Part shown: one piece after another, positions 20,492 through 29,586 of the stretch
How the letters are laid out: the number at the start of each line of letters is the position of its first letter
How positions within the stretch are numbered: the stretch's first letter is position 1
NCBI GenBank assembly: GCA_016783605.1
Contig: JADHWG010000004.1
Coordinates: 1 to 60,061, forward strand
Direction: 5' to 3'
DNA length: 60,061 nt
Source: Candidatus Omnitrophota bacterium
Lineage (GTDB): Bacteria; Omnitrophota; Gorgyraeia; Tantalellales; Tantalellaceae
Translations under genes and position numbers: made by a program
The notes under the pieces: generated by a model
What the model saw: the letters and a program-made list of their open reading frames with translations, nothing else
Database searches by the model: none
What the model was told of the DNA's origin: nothing

Positions 20492-21088
20492 ATGGATATT
20501 TTTAAAATTGCCAAATCAAAAACACGGGCGAAGATATTAAAGCATTTTTTCTTGAATAAAAAGGACAAATACTATTTGAGACAATTGGAAAGAATACTTC
20601 GAATCCCCGTGGGCAATATTCGCCGAGAACTTCTTTCTTTAGAAAAGATAGGACTTTTTCGAAAAGAAAAAAAGGGGAAAGAAATTTACTATTTCTTGAA
20701 TACGAACTTACCGATTTTTCGAGAAATTGAAAAGATCATATCCAGTACAATAGGGATCGAGGCTATTCTCAAACAGGGTTTTCAAAGCATAAAGGGAATT
20801 CGGTTTTGTTTTATATATGGCTCGGTTGCAAAAGGAAAAGAAGATTTTTTTAGTGATGTGGATTTGTTTATTGTGGGTGGAGAGAATGAAGAAGATGTAA
20901 TACTTGAAACTGTCAAAAAAATGGAAAAAGAAATTTCACGCGAGATAAATTATACGATTTTTACGGAAGAGGACATAGCGCAAGGACTTAAAAAGGGCAA
21001 AGTGTTTTTAAAGGATGTGTTGAAGGGGCACAAGATATTTTTAATAGGTGATGAAAATGGTATGGAAAAAGTTATTGGAAAGCGGTAA
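20492..21088 (+). CDS. wHTH plus minimal nucleotidyltransferase (MNT) antitoxin
   Basis: N-terminal HTH (YLRQLER..NIRREL); YGSVAKG...SDVDL. Confidence 0.85.
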   Translation: MDIFKIAKSKTRAKILKHFFLNKKDKYYLRQLERILRIPVGNIRRELLSLEKIGLFRKEKKGKEIYYFLNTNLPIFREIEKIISSTIGIEAILKQGFQSIKGIRFCFIYGSVAKGKEDFFSDVDLFIVGGENEEDVILETVKKMEKEISREINYTIFTEEDIAQGLKKGKVFLKDVLKGHKIFLIGDENGMEKVIGKR

Positions 21089-21485
21089 GGTTCAGAAAAA
21101 AAGTATATCGGCGGAGGAAGTAAAAATAGTTCTTGGCAAGGCGCAAAGAACATTGCGTAGTGCCGCACTTTTGTTGGAAGAAGATGAAGAATCAGCGTAT
21201 CAACTGGCATATGAGGCTATGCTGATCGGTGGAAGAGCTTTGATGTTTTCTTACGGCGTTAAACCGCGAAGTGTCGGCGCGCACAAAATTACCGTTGAAT
21301 TCTGTGAGTTGTCTTTGGGAAAAGAGTATCAACTGTTTATTGGAAAGCTTGATCGGGCGCGGAAGAAAAGACATTATTTGATGTACGGTATAGGGCAAAT
21401 CATTTCTTCAACCGAAGCCGCCAATTTGATACAAACAGCGGAAAAATTTTTATCAATAATTGAAAAAGAAGTTAAATGGCACTAA
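21057..21485 (+). CDS. HEPN domain toxin
   Basis: AYQLAYEAM, GAH, RKKRHYLMY; overlaps the MNT gene. Confidence 0.8.
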   Translation: MVWKKLLESGKVQKKSISAEEVKIVLGKAQRTLRSAALLLEEDEESAYQLAYEAMLIGGRALMFSYGVKPRSVGAHKITVEFCELSLGKEYQLFIGKLDRARKKRHYLMYGIGQIISSTEAANLIQTAEKFLSIIEKEVKWH

Positions 21486-21559
21486 TTTGCTAAGGCTTAA
21501 TGTCGTTTGGGATAATAACGTATATATAAACCGGAAAGATATATCGCGCGGACATAAAT

Positions 21560-22600
21560 ATGACACGATTCAAAAAATACATACTGATGTTGATGAAAGA
21601 CGAGCACGGTGGAGTATGCGGCGCAATTGTTAAAGGAGTTTTACGAATAGTTTCATGGGGATATCTCGCGGTGGTAAAAATTATTGATAAGGCGTATAAA
21701 AACGGGATCAAGCGTAAATATAAAGCGCGCGTGCCGGTGGTGAGTGTCGGAAATCTTACGTTGGGGGGAACAGGGAAAACGCCTTTTGCCGTATTTTTAG
21801 CCGATTTTTTTCTTTCGCGGGGGAAAAAACCGGCCGTTCTAACAAGAGGATATGGGCGAGATGAAAGCGTGATGTTAAAAAATGAAATGCCGCTTGTTTC
21901 GGTTTATGTCGGAGGTGACAGGGTTTTGAGCGCGCGGCGCGCGGTAGAGGACGGGCGCGATTTGCTTATTCTTGACGACGGATTTAGTCACAGGCGAATA
22001 GAAAGAGACTTAAATATCCTTATGATAGACGGCGTGAATTTTTTTGGCAATAGAGCGGTATTCCCGCGAGGAGTTTTGAGAGAGCCTGTTTCCGCCATTG
22101 AACGGGCGGATATGTTCGTTCTGACGAAAGTTGATAGCGCCTCTCGCGCGCGGATAGAGGAGATCCGCTCATTTTTAGAAAAAAACGCGCTCGGGAAACC
22201 GGTTGTCCGCGCGCGGCATAAGCCCTCTTGCTTAACTGATGTTACCGGTGCCGCTTATAGCCTGAGTTCTCTTAAGGGAAAAAGGATATCGGTCGTAAGC
22301 GGAATAGGTGATCCGGATTATTTCGCTTTTTTATTGAGAGAAGAGGGAGCAAAAATAGTCTCGCGCCATGATTATATTGACCATCATGAGTATACGCAGA
22401 GAGATGTCGATGAGATATATCTCGCGAGTGTTTCAAAAAAAACGGAAAACGTAATTATGACAGCAAAGGATTATGTAAAAATTAAAAAATTGGATCTATC
22501 TCGAATGGAAGAGAAAATTTTCATTTTAAACATCACGATTGACGTCACCTCGGGAAAGGAGATTTTAGTTGATAGACTTAATCGCATCATTACTGGTTAG
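21560..22600 (+). CDS. lpxK: Tetraacyldisaccharide 4'-kinase
   Basis: SVGNLTLGGTGKTP, TRGYG, LDDGFSH, PRGVLRE, DHH. Confidence 0.95.
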   Translation: MTRFKKYILMLMKDEHGGVCGAIVKGVLRIVSWGYLAVVKIIDKAYKNGIKRKYKARVPVVSVGNLTLGGTGKTPFAVFLADFFLSRGKKPAVLTRGYGRDESVMLKNEMPLVSVYVGGDRVLSARRAVEDGRDLLILDDGFSHRRIERDLNILMIDGVNFFGNRAVFPRGVLREPVSAIERADMFVLTKVDSASRARIEEIRSFLEKNALGKPVVRARHKPSCLTDVTGAAYSLSSLKGKRISVVSGIGDPDYFAFLLREEGAKIVSRHDYIDHHEYTQRDVDEIYLASVSKKTENVIMTAKDYVKIKKLDLSRMEEKIFILNITIDVTSGKEILVDRLNRIITG

Positions 22601-24524
22601 AGGACTGAACAAAATACTGCACGTTATGCCGATGAGTTTTAATTTATGGCTTGGCAGAAGAGTCGGATCGCTTTTATATATGTTTAGCGGCAAACGCGCC
22701 GACGTCGCGTACGCGAACATTAAAGCCGCGTATTGTCTCGGGCATGATCCTTCCATGAAAAAGAAAACCCCGCTTGAAATGAGACGTCTCGTAAAAAGGA
22801 CTTATGAAAATATGGGCGAAACTTTTGTGGAAATACTTTCAATGACAAAGGCAAATAAAGCGTATATTGAAAAATATGTTACCGTTCGGAATATGGAAAG
22901 AATAGAACAGGCGTCAAAAAATCCGAACGGGATGATATTAGTGTCAGCGCATTTCGGCAATTGGGAACTTAGCACCGCGACAAGCGCCGCCAAAGGGTTC
23001 CAACTGCATGTTCTGACCCGAGACCAAAAGATGAAACGGCTGTATGAACTTTTGAACGTGATCAGGGAAATGATGGGAAATGTAGTGATACGTAAGGGAG
23101 CTGACATAAAAACGTTGTTTAGAGCGCTTAGAGCCGGTAAGGGTATCGGGCTTCTCGCGGATCAAAACGGAGGAGCGCACGGCATTTTGTCCGAATTTTT
23201 CTCCCGCGAAGCGTCAAGCGTTATCGGACCATATCGGCTCGCGCAAAATAGCGGCGCGTGTATACTTCCGGCCTTTATTCATAGGACGGGAGGAAGTCCG
23301 CGTCAGGAACTTGTGCTTGAAGAACCGATGTTTATCGGAAGAGGAGAAGACATTACTCCGTATGTTGATAAATTTAACCGGCTTTTGGAAAAGAACATAA
23401 GACGGTCTCCCCACAGATGGCTTTGGATGCATAAAAGATGGAAAATGACGCCGGAAAAATATGTTGTGGTTTTAGACGACGGCAAAAAGGGACACTTGAA
23501 ACAGAGTTTGCAGGTGGTGAGACAGATAAAAAGCTATAGAAAAGGCGAAGGTTATGCCGATGAACATTTGAAAGTGGAAATTCTGCCGGTCAAGTTTAAA
23601 AATAAAACCGCTAAAACGATATTTAATTTGTCAAATTTGTTTTTTACGCGTTCGCGCCGCGCGGGTTTAAAAAGTTTAAAAAGAGCGCTTGAGGAAGAAA
23701 GCTATAAGCGCCTTTCCGGCGCGTATGCCGACGTTATCGTAAGCTGTGGATCGACCTCGGCGACAGTTAACGTGGTGCTGAAAAAAGAGAATTATTGCCG
23801 AAATCTTACGATATTGGATCCCGGGTTTTTCCTGCGAAAAAAATTCGATCTTGTGGTAGTGCCAAAGCATGATCATGATCGAAAGAGATTTGATGACGAA
23901 AAGACCGTGGTGACATTGCTCGCGCCGAATCTTATAATGCCTTGCGTTTCACGCGGGGCGAATGAAGGGCCCAGATTCGCGTGTATCGGGCTTTTGTTCG
24001 GAGGGGACAATTATTATTTCAGTTTCGATAAGGATCTGACAAAATGTGTCGCGGAAGAACTCGGGAAAATAAACGCGGCGGAAGGCGCGGAAATCCGGGT
24101 TACGACCTCACGCAGGACTTCCGCCGAGGCCGAAAAAACGCTTAAAGAAACTTTGGAGAGAACTTGCGGGAAACTTAAATTCATCTCAGGAAAAGAAGAT
24201 AAAGACGAACATACCGTGGAGAAGATTCTTTCGGCAAGTGACGTGGTTATTGTTTCGGGAGAAAGCATTTCAATGGTTTCAGAAGCGGTGAGTTCCGGAA
24301 AAGCCGTTTTGGTGTTTATGCCGAAAAAACGCCTCCCGGAAGTTACCAAATACGAGAAATTCGTACGCGGGCTCGAGGGAAAAGGATATCTTGAGCGGGT
24401 GTGCCCCGAAGACATATCAAGCAAAGTAACGGACATAATGCCTGAAGTCTTAAGCGGCAGAAAAAAAATCCGCATACCGGACGATAATAAACGAATACAA
24501 GAGAAGATGTACAAACTCTTCTAA
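22569..24524 (+). CDS. Fusion: lipid A acyltransferase (LpxL-like) plus ELM1/GtrOC1-family putative glycosyltransferase
   Basis: N-half HFGNWE, LADQ, WLWMHKRWK; C-half DGKKGHLKQS, VVPKHD, TTSRRT, SGESISMVSEAVSSGK. Confidence 0.8.
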   Translation: MIDLIASLLVRGLNKILHVMPMSFNLWLGRRVGSLLYMFSGKRADVAYANIKAAYCLGHDPSMKKKTPLEMRRLVKRTYENMGETFVEILSMTKANKAYIEKYVTVRNMERIEQASKNPNGMILVSAHFGNWELSTATSAAKGFQLHVLTRDQKMKRLYELLNVIREMMGNVVIRKGADIKTLFRALRAGKGIGLLADQNGGAHGILSEFFSREASSVIGPYRLAQNSGACILPAFIHRTGGSPRQELVLEEPMFIGRGEDITPYVDKFNRLLEKNIRRSPHRWLWMHKRWKMTPEKYVVVLDDGKKGHLKQSLQVVRQIKSYRKGEGYADEHLKVEILPVKFKNKTAKTIFNLSNLFFTRSRRAGLKSLKRALEEESYKRLSGAYADVIVSCGSTSATVNVVLKKENYCRNLTILDPGFFLRKKFDLVVVPKHDHDRKRFDDEKTVVTLLAPNLIMPCVSRGANEGPRFACIGLLFGGDNYYFSFDKDLTKCVAEELGKINAAEGAEIRVTTSRRTSAEAEKTLKETLERTCGKLKFISGKEDKDEHTVEKILSASDVVIVSGESISMVSEAVSSGKAVLVFMPKKRLPEVTKYEKFVRGLEGKGYLERVCPEDISSKVTDIMPEVLSGRKKIRIPDDNKRIQEKMYKLF

Positions 24525-24672
24525 TTACCGCCCGGGAAACAACCTCGTAGGTTGAACCTCGTAGGTTGAACCTACGAGGTTCAATTGCACCAACTTTCGC
24601 ATGGGGGCACATGCAATGTGCCCCTACGGATTACGAGGTTGTTGGTTGGGTTTGACGATTAAAGACGGAATT

Positions 24673-26766
24673 ATGAATATATTACAACTTGTTCCAAAAT
24701 TGAATATCGGCGGTGTTGAAAAGGGCACGGTTGAGGTGGCGCGTCATTTGGTGCTTACCGGTCATAAAGCGGTTGTTGTCTCGGGCGGGGGGGAGCTGGA
24801 AAAGAATCTTGCGGCTATCGGGGCGAGGCATTATAAAATACCGATCGGCAGGAAAAATCCTTTTATAATGCTTTATTGCTATTTCAAGCTGAAGCATGTC
24901 GTCAGGAAAGAAAATATCAATATTGTGCACGCGAGGAGTCGTATTCCGGCGCTTATCGGTTATTTCGCGGCAAGACGAAGCGGGAGAATCTTTATCACCA
25001 CGGCGCATGGACAATACAGAAAGCATTTTATAAGCAGAGTGATGGGGTGGGGAAAGATAGTTATTGTCGCGAATGAAACCATGGCCAGGTACATGAGAGA
25101 TAATTTTGACGTACCCCTGAGAAAGATCGTTATTGTGCCCAGAGGTGTTGACTTAAAAAAGTTTTCGTTCGAACTGCCGTCAAGACACGTGGGAAAAACT
25201 GTTCGAATAGGGATGATATCGCGATTTACGCCTTTAAAAGGCCATCTCGATTTTTTGAAAGCCGTCTCATATGTTTCAAGAAAAATGCCGAATATAGAAG
25301 TCATTATGATGGGGGACAAACTTTCCGCGAAAGAAGAATATATAAAGAAGATAGAGCTGACTATACGGCGCCTTACTTTGGGAAGCGTTGTAAAATTTGT
25401 GAGTAGTCGAGAAGATGTCGCGAAGGTTATGAGCTCTCTGGACGTTCTTGTATCCGCGAACCGGGAGCAGGAAGCTTTCGGCCGATCCGTTATCGAAGCG
25501 CAGGCGAGAGGACTGCCCGTAGTCGCGACCAGAGTGGGCGGCGTGATCGAGAATGTTATAGACGAGAAAACAGGACTGCTGTCGGAACCCGGAAACCCTC
25601 GGGAGATGGCGGAGAAGATATTGAGATATATAAACGACTTGTCTCTCTCTCAGAAAATAGCTCGCGCGGCAAGAAAACACGTGGAAGAAAACTATTCGAT
25701 CCAAAAGACGATGGCTTTGACAATGGCGGCGTACGCGCGCGCTAGAGAAGAAAAAAAGATACTTGTTTTTAAGATAAGTTCTTTAGGGGACATTATTCTG
25801 GCTACACCGTCACTTAAAGCTATAAGAGAAAGGTATTCCGGCACTCCTTGTGTAAAAGTTCTTGTGGATGTCAGATTTAGGAACGTTTTAACCAACTGCC
25901 CGTATGTAGATGAAGTGATCACATGCGATTTTGCCGAGAGAGACAAGGGCCTCGGTTTTTTAAAACTGGCTGCGAAACTGAGAGCCGAAGACTTTGATAT
26001 GTCGATAGATCTTCAGAACAGCAAGAAAAGCCATCTTTTAGCTTTTTTAGCCGCTATCCCGGAAAGATACGGATACGATAATAAAAAAATGAGCTTTTTG
26101 ATCAACAGAAAAATAGGTCTTCCGGAGAAACCTCTTCAGCCGGTTGAACATCAGTCGTGTGTCCTGGGGCTGATGGGAATCACGCGCATAGAAAACAAGC
26201 TTGAGCTTTGGCCGGATAAGTCTGACGAAGAATGGGTGGAGCAATTTTTTAAGGACAGCTGGCTTAAAGACGGCCAAAAACTTATCGCTTTCAGCATTTC
26301 CGCCAGCCGAAAATGGCAGTCAAAAAATTGGGGAGTTTCACATATGGCGGAAATTGCCGGAATGCTCGCGAAACAAAAAGGAGTGAGGGTTGTTCTTATC
26401 GGCGCTAAAGAAGATAAAGAACTGGGCGAGAAATTTATGAAAAAAACAAAAGCGAAACCGATCAATGCCATAGGCAAAACAAATATCCCGCGAGTTATCG
26501 CCCTTATTAAAAGATGCGATGTGCTTCTCACCGGAGACAGCGCTCCCATGCATATAGCCGCGGCTGTCGCAACTCCGTTCGTCTCTATTTTCGGCCCTAC
26601 GGATCCGGCAAGACACGTGCCGCCCGCTTCAAAGCAAAAGATCTTATATAAAAAACAAAAATGTTCGCCATGTTACGAATCGGTATGTTTAAAAAAAATG
26701 AAATGCATGACAGCCATTAAACCCGCCGAAGTTTACGACGCGCTGGTTGATATGGCGAATGGTTAA
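24673..26766 (+). CDS. Fusion: GT4 glycosyltransferase plus GT9 heptosyltransferase-like domain
   Basis: GGVEKGT, EAFGRSVIEA (GT4); SSLGDIIL, TGDSAPMHIAAA, FGPT (GT9). Confidence 0.85.
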   Translation: MNILQLVPKLNIGGVEKGTVEVARHLVLTGHKAVVVSGGGELEKNLAAIGARHYKIPIGRKNPFIMLYCYFKLKHVVRKENINIVHARSRIPALIGYFAARRSGRIFITTAHGQYRKHFISRVMGWGKIVIVANETMARYMRDNFDVPLRKIVIVPRGVDLKKFSFELPSRHVGKTVRIGMISRFTPLKGHLDFLKAVSYVSRKMPNIEVIMMGDKLSAKEEYIKKIELTIRRLTLGSVVKFVSSREDVAKVMSSLDVLVSANREQEAFGRSVIEAQARGLPVVATRVGGVIENVIDEKTGLLSEPGNPREMAEKILRYINDLSLSQKIARAARKHVEENYSIQKTMALTMAAYARAREEKKILVFKISSLGDIILATPSLKAIRERYSGTPCVKVLVDVRFRNVLTNCPYVDEVITCDFAERDKGLGFLKLAAKLRAEDFDMSIDLQNSKKSHLLAFLAAIPERYGYDNKKMSFLINRKIGLPEKPLQPVEHQSCVLGLMGITRIENKLELWPDKSDEEWVEQFFKDSWLKDGQKLIAFSISASRKWQSKNWGVSHMAEIAGMLAKQKGVRVVLIGAKEDKELGEKFMKKTKAKPINAIGKTNIPRVIALIKRCDVLLTGDSAPMHIAAAVATPFVSIFGPTDPARHVPPASKQKILYKKQKCSPCYESVCLKKMKCMTAIKPAEVYDALVDMANG

Positions 26767-26910
26767 CGAATAATAAAGAATCTGATAGGATATAAGGGGC
26801 TGTCGCAAAATACCCCCAAAATGTCATCCTCGCGAACGCGGGGATCTATGATATAAAGTGGGCAGAATGGAACTCTTCATTTGAAGATTGACGAGGTACT
26901 AGTATCACGA

Positions 26911-28014
26911 ATGATGAAAATATTACTTTTAACTACACACATTAATATCGGCGGTGTCGGATTCTATACCGTGAACCTCGCGAAATATCTCCGAAAAATG
27001 GGGCACGAACCGGTTGTGGTCTCCTCCGGAGGCGATCTTGAAGAACTCCTACAAAAAGCCGACGCCAGGCATATTAAGATGGACCTAAAAACAAAAGCGG
27101 AATTCGGCTTTAAAGTCGCCAAAGCGATACTCCCTTTGACCCGTTTGGTCCAAAAAGAAGGTTTTGATGTTATCCACGCCCAGACACGCGTCGCGCAAGT
27201 CGCCGGAGGCATAGTTTCAAAAATTACGCGCGTGCCGATAGTTTCAACAGGTCACGGTTTTTTTAAACACGAAAGACTCTTTCGAAAACTTTTTCCTTTC
27301 TGGGGAGATAAAATCATCGCGATAAGCGAAAGCGTACGCGGACATCTTATAAACGATTTTCATATAGACGAAAAAAAGATAACCGTAGTTTATAACGGAA
27401 TAGAACTTGACCGATTCTTAAGAAAAAACGGTAAAATAGACCAAAATATGAGAGATAAAATGTCTTTAGATCGAGATCTAACGATCGTGGGCGCCATCGG
27501 AAGACTTTCTTCGGTCAAAGGCTACATTTATCTAATCAAAGCATTTAAAAAAGTCGCCGAAAAAAACAAAAACGCGCGGCTCTTACTCGTAGGCGAAGGC
27601 GATGAAAAACCAAAACTGGAAAAAGAAGTGAAAGAGGCAGGATTAACGAATAAAGTCATATTCGAATCAAAAAAAATGGCAACTGAAGACTATCTATCAG
27701 TTATGGATATTTTCTGCCAGCCGTCGATAAAAGAAGGCTTAGGCTTAGCGCTCATCGAAGCAATGGCATCCGGAAGAGCGTGTATAGGAAGCAACGTAGG
27801 CGGCATCCCCGAAATAATAGACGACGAGATAGACGGTATCCTGGTTCCTCCGGAAAATCCGGAAGCTCTGGCAGAAGCAATAACCCGCCTATTGAGCGAC
27901 GCCGAACTAAAACAAACATTCTCCACCCGCGCCCCCCAAAAAGCCCAAACCAAATTTTCCATAGAAGAAAATGCAAGAAAAACGGCGGAAGTATACGAAG
28001 AAGCGAGAAGTTAG
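26911..28014 (+). CDS. GT4 glycosyltransferase
   Basis: GGVG, HAQT, EGLGLALIEAMASG, GGIPEII. Confidence 0.9.
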   Translation: MMKILLLTTHINIGGVGFYTVNLAKYLRKMGHEPVVVSSGGDLEELLQKADARHIKMDLKTKAEFGFKVAKAILPLTRLVQKEGFDVIHAQTRVAQVAGGIVSKITRVPIVSTGHGFFKHERLFRKLFPFWGDKIIAISESVRGHLINDFHIDEKKITVVYNGIELDRFLRKNGKIDQNMRDKMSLDRDLTIVGAIGRLSSVKGYIYLIKAFKKVAEKNKNARLLLVGEGDEKPKLEKEVKEAGLTNKVIFESKKMATEDYLSVMDIFCQPSIKEGLGLALIEAMASGRACIGSNVGGIPEIIDDEIDGILVPPENPEALAEAITRLLSDAELKQTFSTRAPQKAQTKFSIEENARKTAEVYEEARS

Positions 28015-28041
28015 GAAAAAAATAGTGTCTGCCCCTATTTA

Positions 28042-28252
28042 TGCTAATGTTTTTCCGGAAGAACACAAACAGATCAAAATATTCGCGGCTATTCACGGAG
28101 AGATCATACGGGAATATGTGATGGAGAGTGTACGCGAACGTTTAGAAGGAGAAAAAGAACAGGCGCAGTTAACAGCAATGACTATGAAAATCGATCAGCC
28201 GTTGAAGGAAGTCTGGGAAAACGAAAAGGACGCGGAATATGACAAAATATAA
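28042..28252 (+). pseudogene. 5'-truncated RHH-type antitoxin remnant
   Basis: PEEHKQIKIFAAIHGEIIREYV...WENEKDAEYDKI coupled to a PemK remnant; no plausible start after the boundary motif. Confidence 0.5.
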
Positions 28253-28406
28253 ATGTCGAGATGTTGTTCTTGTCGATGTGATGTTTTCGGATGGATCCGG
28301 GATAAAAAAAAGACCCGCACTTATTCTTCCTTCTTTGGTTACGGGAATTTTTCAAACGATAAATGGGAAACTGATCAATCGAAAGTTAGCTGTATTGGTT
28401 CGTTAG
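28239..28406 (+). pseudogene. PemK/MazF-family toxin remnant, 55 aa, internally deleted
   Basis: Manual translation: MTKYKCRDVVLVDVMFSDGSGIKKRPALILPSLVTGIFQTINGKLINRKLAVLVR*. Confidence 0.7.
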
Positions 28407-28749
28407 TTTTGATGTAAAGCGATTTATAAGAGTCAATCATATCTTTTATATGTTCAAAGGTATCGGGGTTAATTTCTTCTTTTTTTATAATGTTTTTCGC
28501 TACTGCCATAGATATTAATACATCTTCACAGGGAAGATTATATTTTTTCCAAAGTTCTCTGAAAATACCATTATGAAATTTATGAATTATTTCTTTAAGT
28601 TGGAAACAATCTATTTTTTTTGTTCGCCATCTGTCAAAATATTTAGCTAAATGTTCAGTGTAGTTATCAAGTTCCCGTTTATATGCTACGCTAACCAATT
28701 CCTTTAAATTTTTTTTTATTGGTTTGGGATATTTTTTCATTTTATTCAT
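28375..28749 (-). CDS. Hypothetical protein (minus-strand cassette)
   Basis: 124-aa ORF starting 7 nt after the GTTAGCA of a minus-strand attC. Confidence 0.7.
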   Translation of the reverse strand: MNKMKKYPKPIKKNLKELVSVAYKRELDNYTEHLAKYFDRWRTKKIDCFQLKEIIHKFHNGIFRELWKKYNLPCEDVLISMAVAKNIIKKEEINPDTFEHIKDMIDSYKSLYIKTNEPIQLTFD

Positions 28750-28756
28750 TATTTTA

Positions 28757-28825
28757 TGCTAACGCAAAAGTTCACCTGCCGCCGAATGAAGTGAGGGAAC
28801 CAAATAGCGCAGTGATTTGTTATGT
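28757..28825 (-). mobile_element. Degenerate attC site (21-bp deletion)
   Basis: Minus strand ACATAAC...GTTAGCA; near-identical to attC 35081-35170 but lacking TACCTGACCGCCAAATTGCTA. Confidence 0.8.
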
Positions 28826-28834
28826 GTTTTTATT

Positions 28835-29053
28835 TTATGAAACCCATCGCAGTGAAGGTTTACGATGAGAATGAACGCAATCAATTAAGTACAGATCTAT
28901 CAAATTCTGGTATGGAATACCTATTTTCTCCGATAGATTCTTAAAATAATCAATTACTTCTACTCCTATCCTCATGGTAACCTGTCGTTTCAACCGTTTA
29001 GCATAAGGATTTTTTCTTTTTTTCATTTTAGCCAGATCGTATTCTTTCTTCAT
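28835..29053 (-). CDS. BrnA-family antitoxin
   Basis: MKKEYD..NPYAKRLK, VTMRI, IPYQNLI. Confidence 0.88.
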   Translation of the reverse strand: MKKEYDLAKMKKRKNPYAKRLKRQVTMRIGVEVIDYFKNLSEKIGIPYQNLIDLYLIDCVHSHRKPSLRWVS

Positions 29054-29343
29054 GATAAACCTCCAATATATTCTTTTTCTTCTCTTTTAGTTGCTTTGCG
29101 AGCGGATATTATTCTTATCATCGATGCGCTTTTTCTATAACAGTGACAAACCAACAAAGCACGTAATTTATAACTCAACCCTAAAAGGAGCAATCTATTT
29201 TCTTTAGAAGAATGCGTGTTATCGTAGAATTCAATAGCATTATCGTCATAAAAAACTGTTTGAGCTTCTTCAAAAGAGACGCCATGCTTCGCCTGATTTA
29301 TCTTATCTTTTCGTTCATCCCATTCAAAACGAAGCTTGCTCAT
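29050..29343 (-). CDS. BrnT-family toxin
   Basis: FEWDERK..N..KHGVSFEEA, RIISARKAT. Confidence 0.92.
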   Translation of the reverse strand: MSKLRFEWDERKDKINQAKHGVSFEEAQTVFYDDNAIEFYDNTHSSKENRLLLLGLSYKLRALLVCHCYRKSASMIRIISARKATKREEKEYIGGLS

Positions 29344-29349
29344 AATTAT

Positions 29350-29378
29350 ATTATACCTATGTCATAATGACATGTCAA
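29350..29378 (-). promoter_or_regulatory. Consensus sigma70 promoter of brnTA, probably leaderless, with operator palindrome
   Basis: TTGACA-17-TATAAT-6 nt-ATG; ATGTCAT-T-ATGACAT in the spacer. Confidence 0.85.
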
Positions 29379-29475
29379 GACTGCTCTCTCTTTTTTTAAC
29401 CATTATATGTCGAATCCGCTTTTAATGGTATTATAGAAGAAAAGCAGAAATAGTCGAGGCTATCCTAACAAAATC

Positions 29476-29505
29476 TTGACAAATCTTCCAAAATTATGCG
29501 ATACT
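29476..29505 (+). promoter_or_regulatory. Candidate cassette promoter (Pc-like)
   Basis: TTGACA-18-GATACT with extended -10 TG, about 55 bp upstream of the first cassette crossover. Confidence 0.6.
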
Positions 29506-29519
29506 GAGCTTGAAAATTA

Positions 29520-29565
29520 GTGACGTTATCAAAAAAAAGTGGATGCTACATATTAACTGTTATAT
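29520..29565 (+). mobile_element. Candidate attI site
   Basis: GTTATAT (29559-29565) complements ATATAAC closing cassette 1; no attC hairpin precedes it. Confidence 0.55.
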
Positions 29566-29586
29566 AAAAAATAAAGGAGAATACTA

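Noticed and set aside
26795-26850. IS end-like GGGGCTGTCGCAAAA
   Set aside because: No matching second end, target duplication or transposase found; at most a relic.
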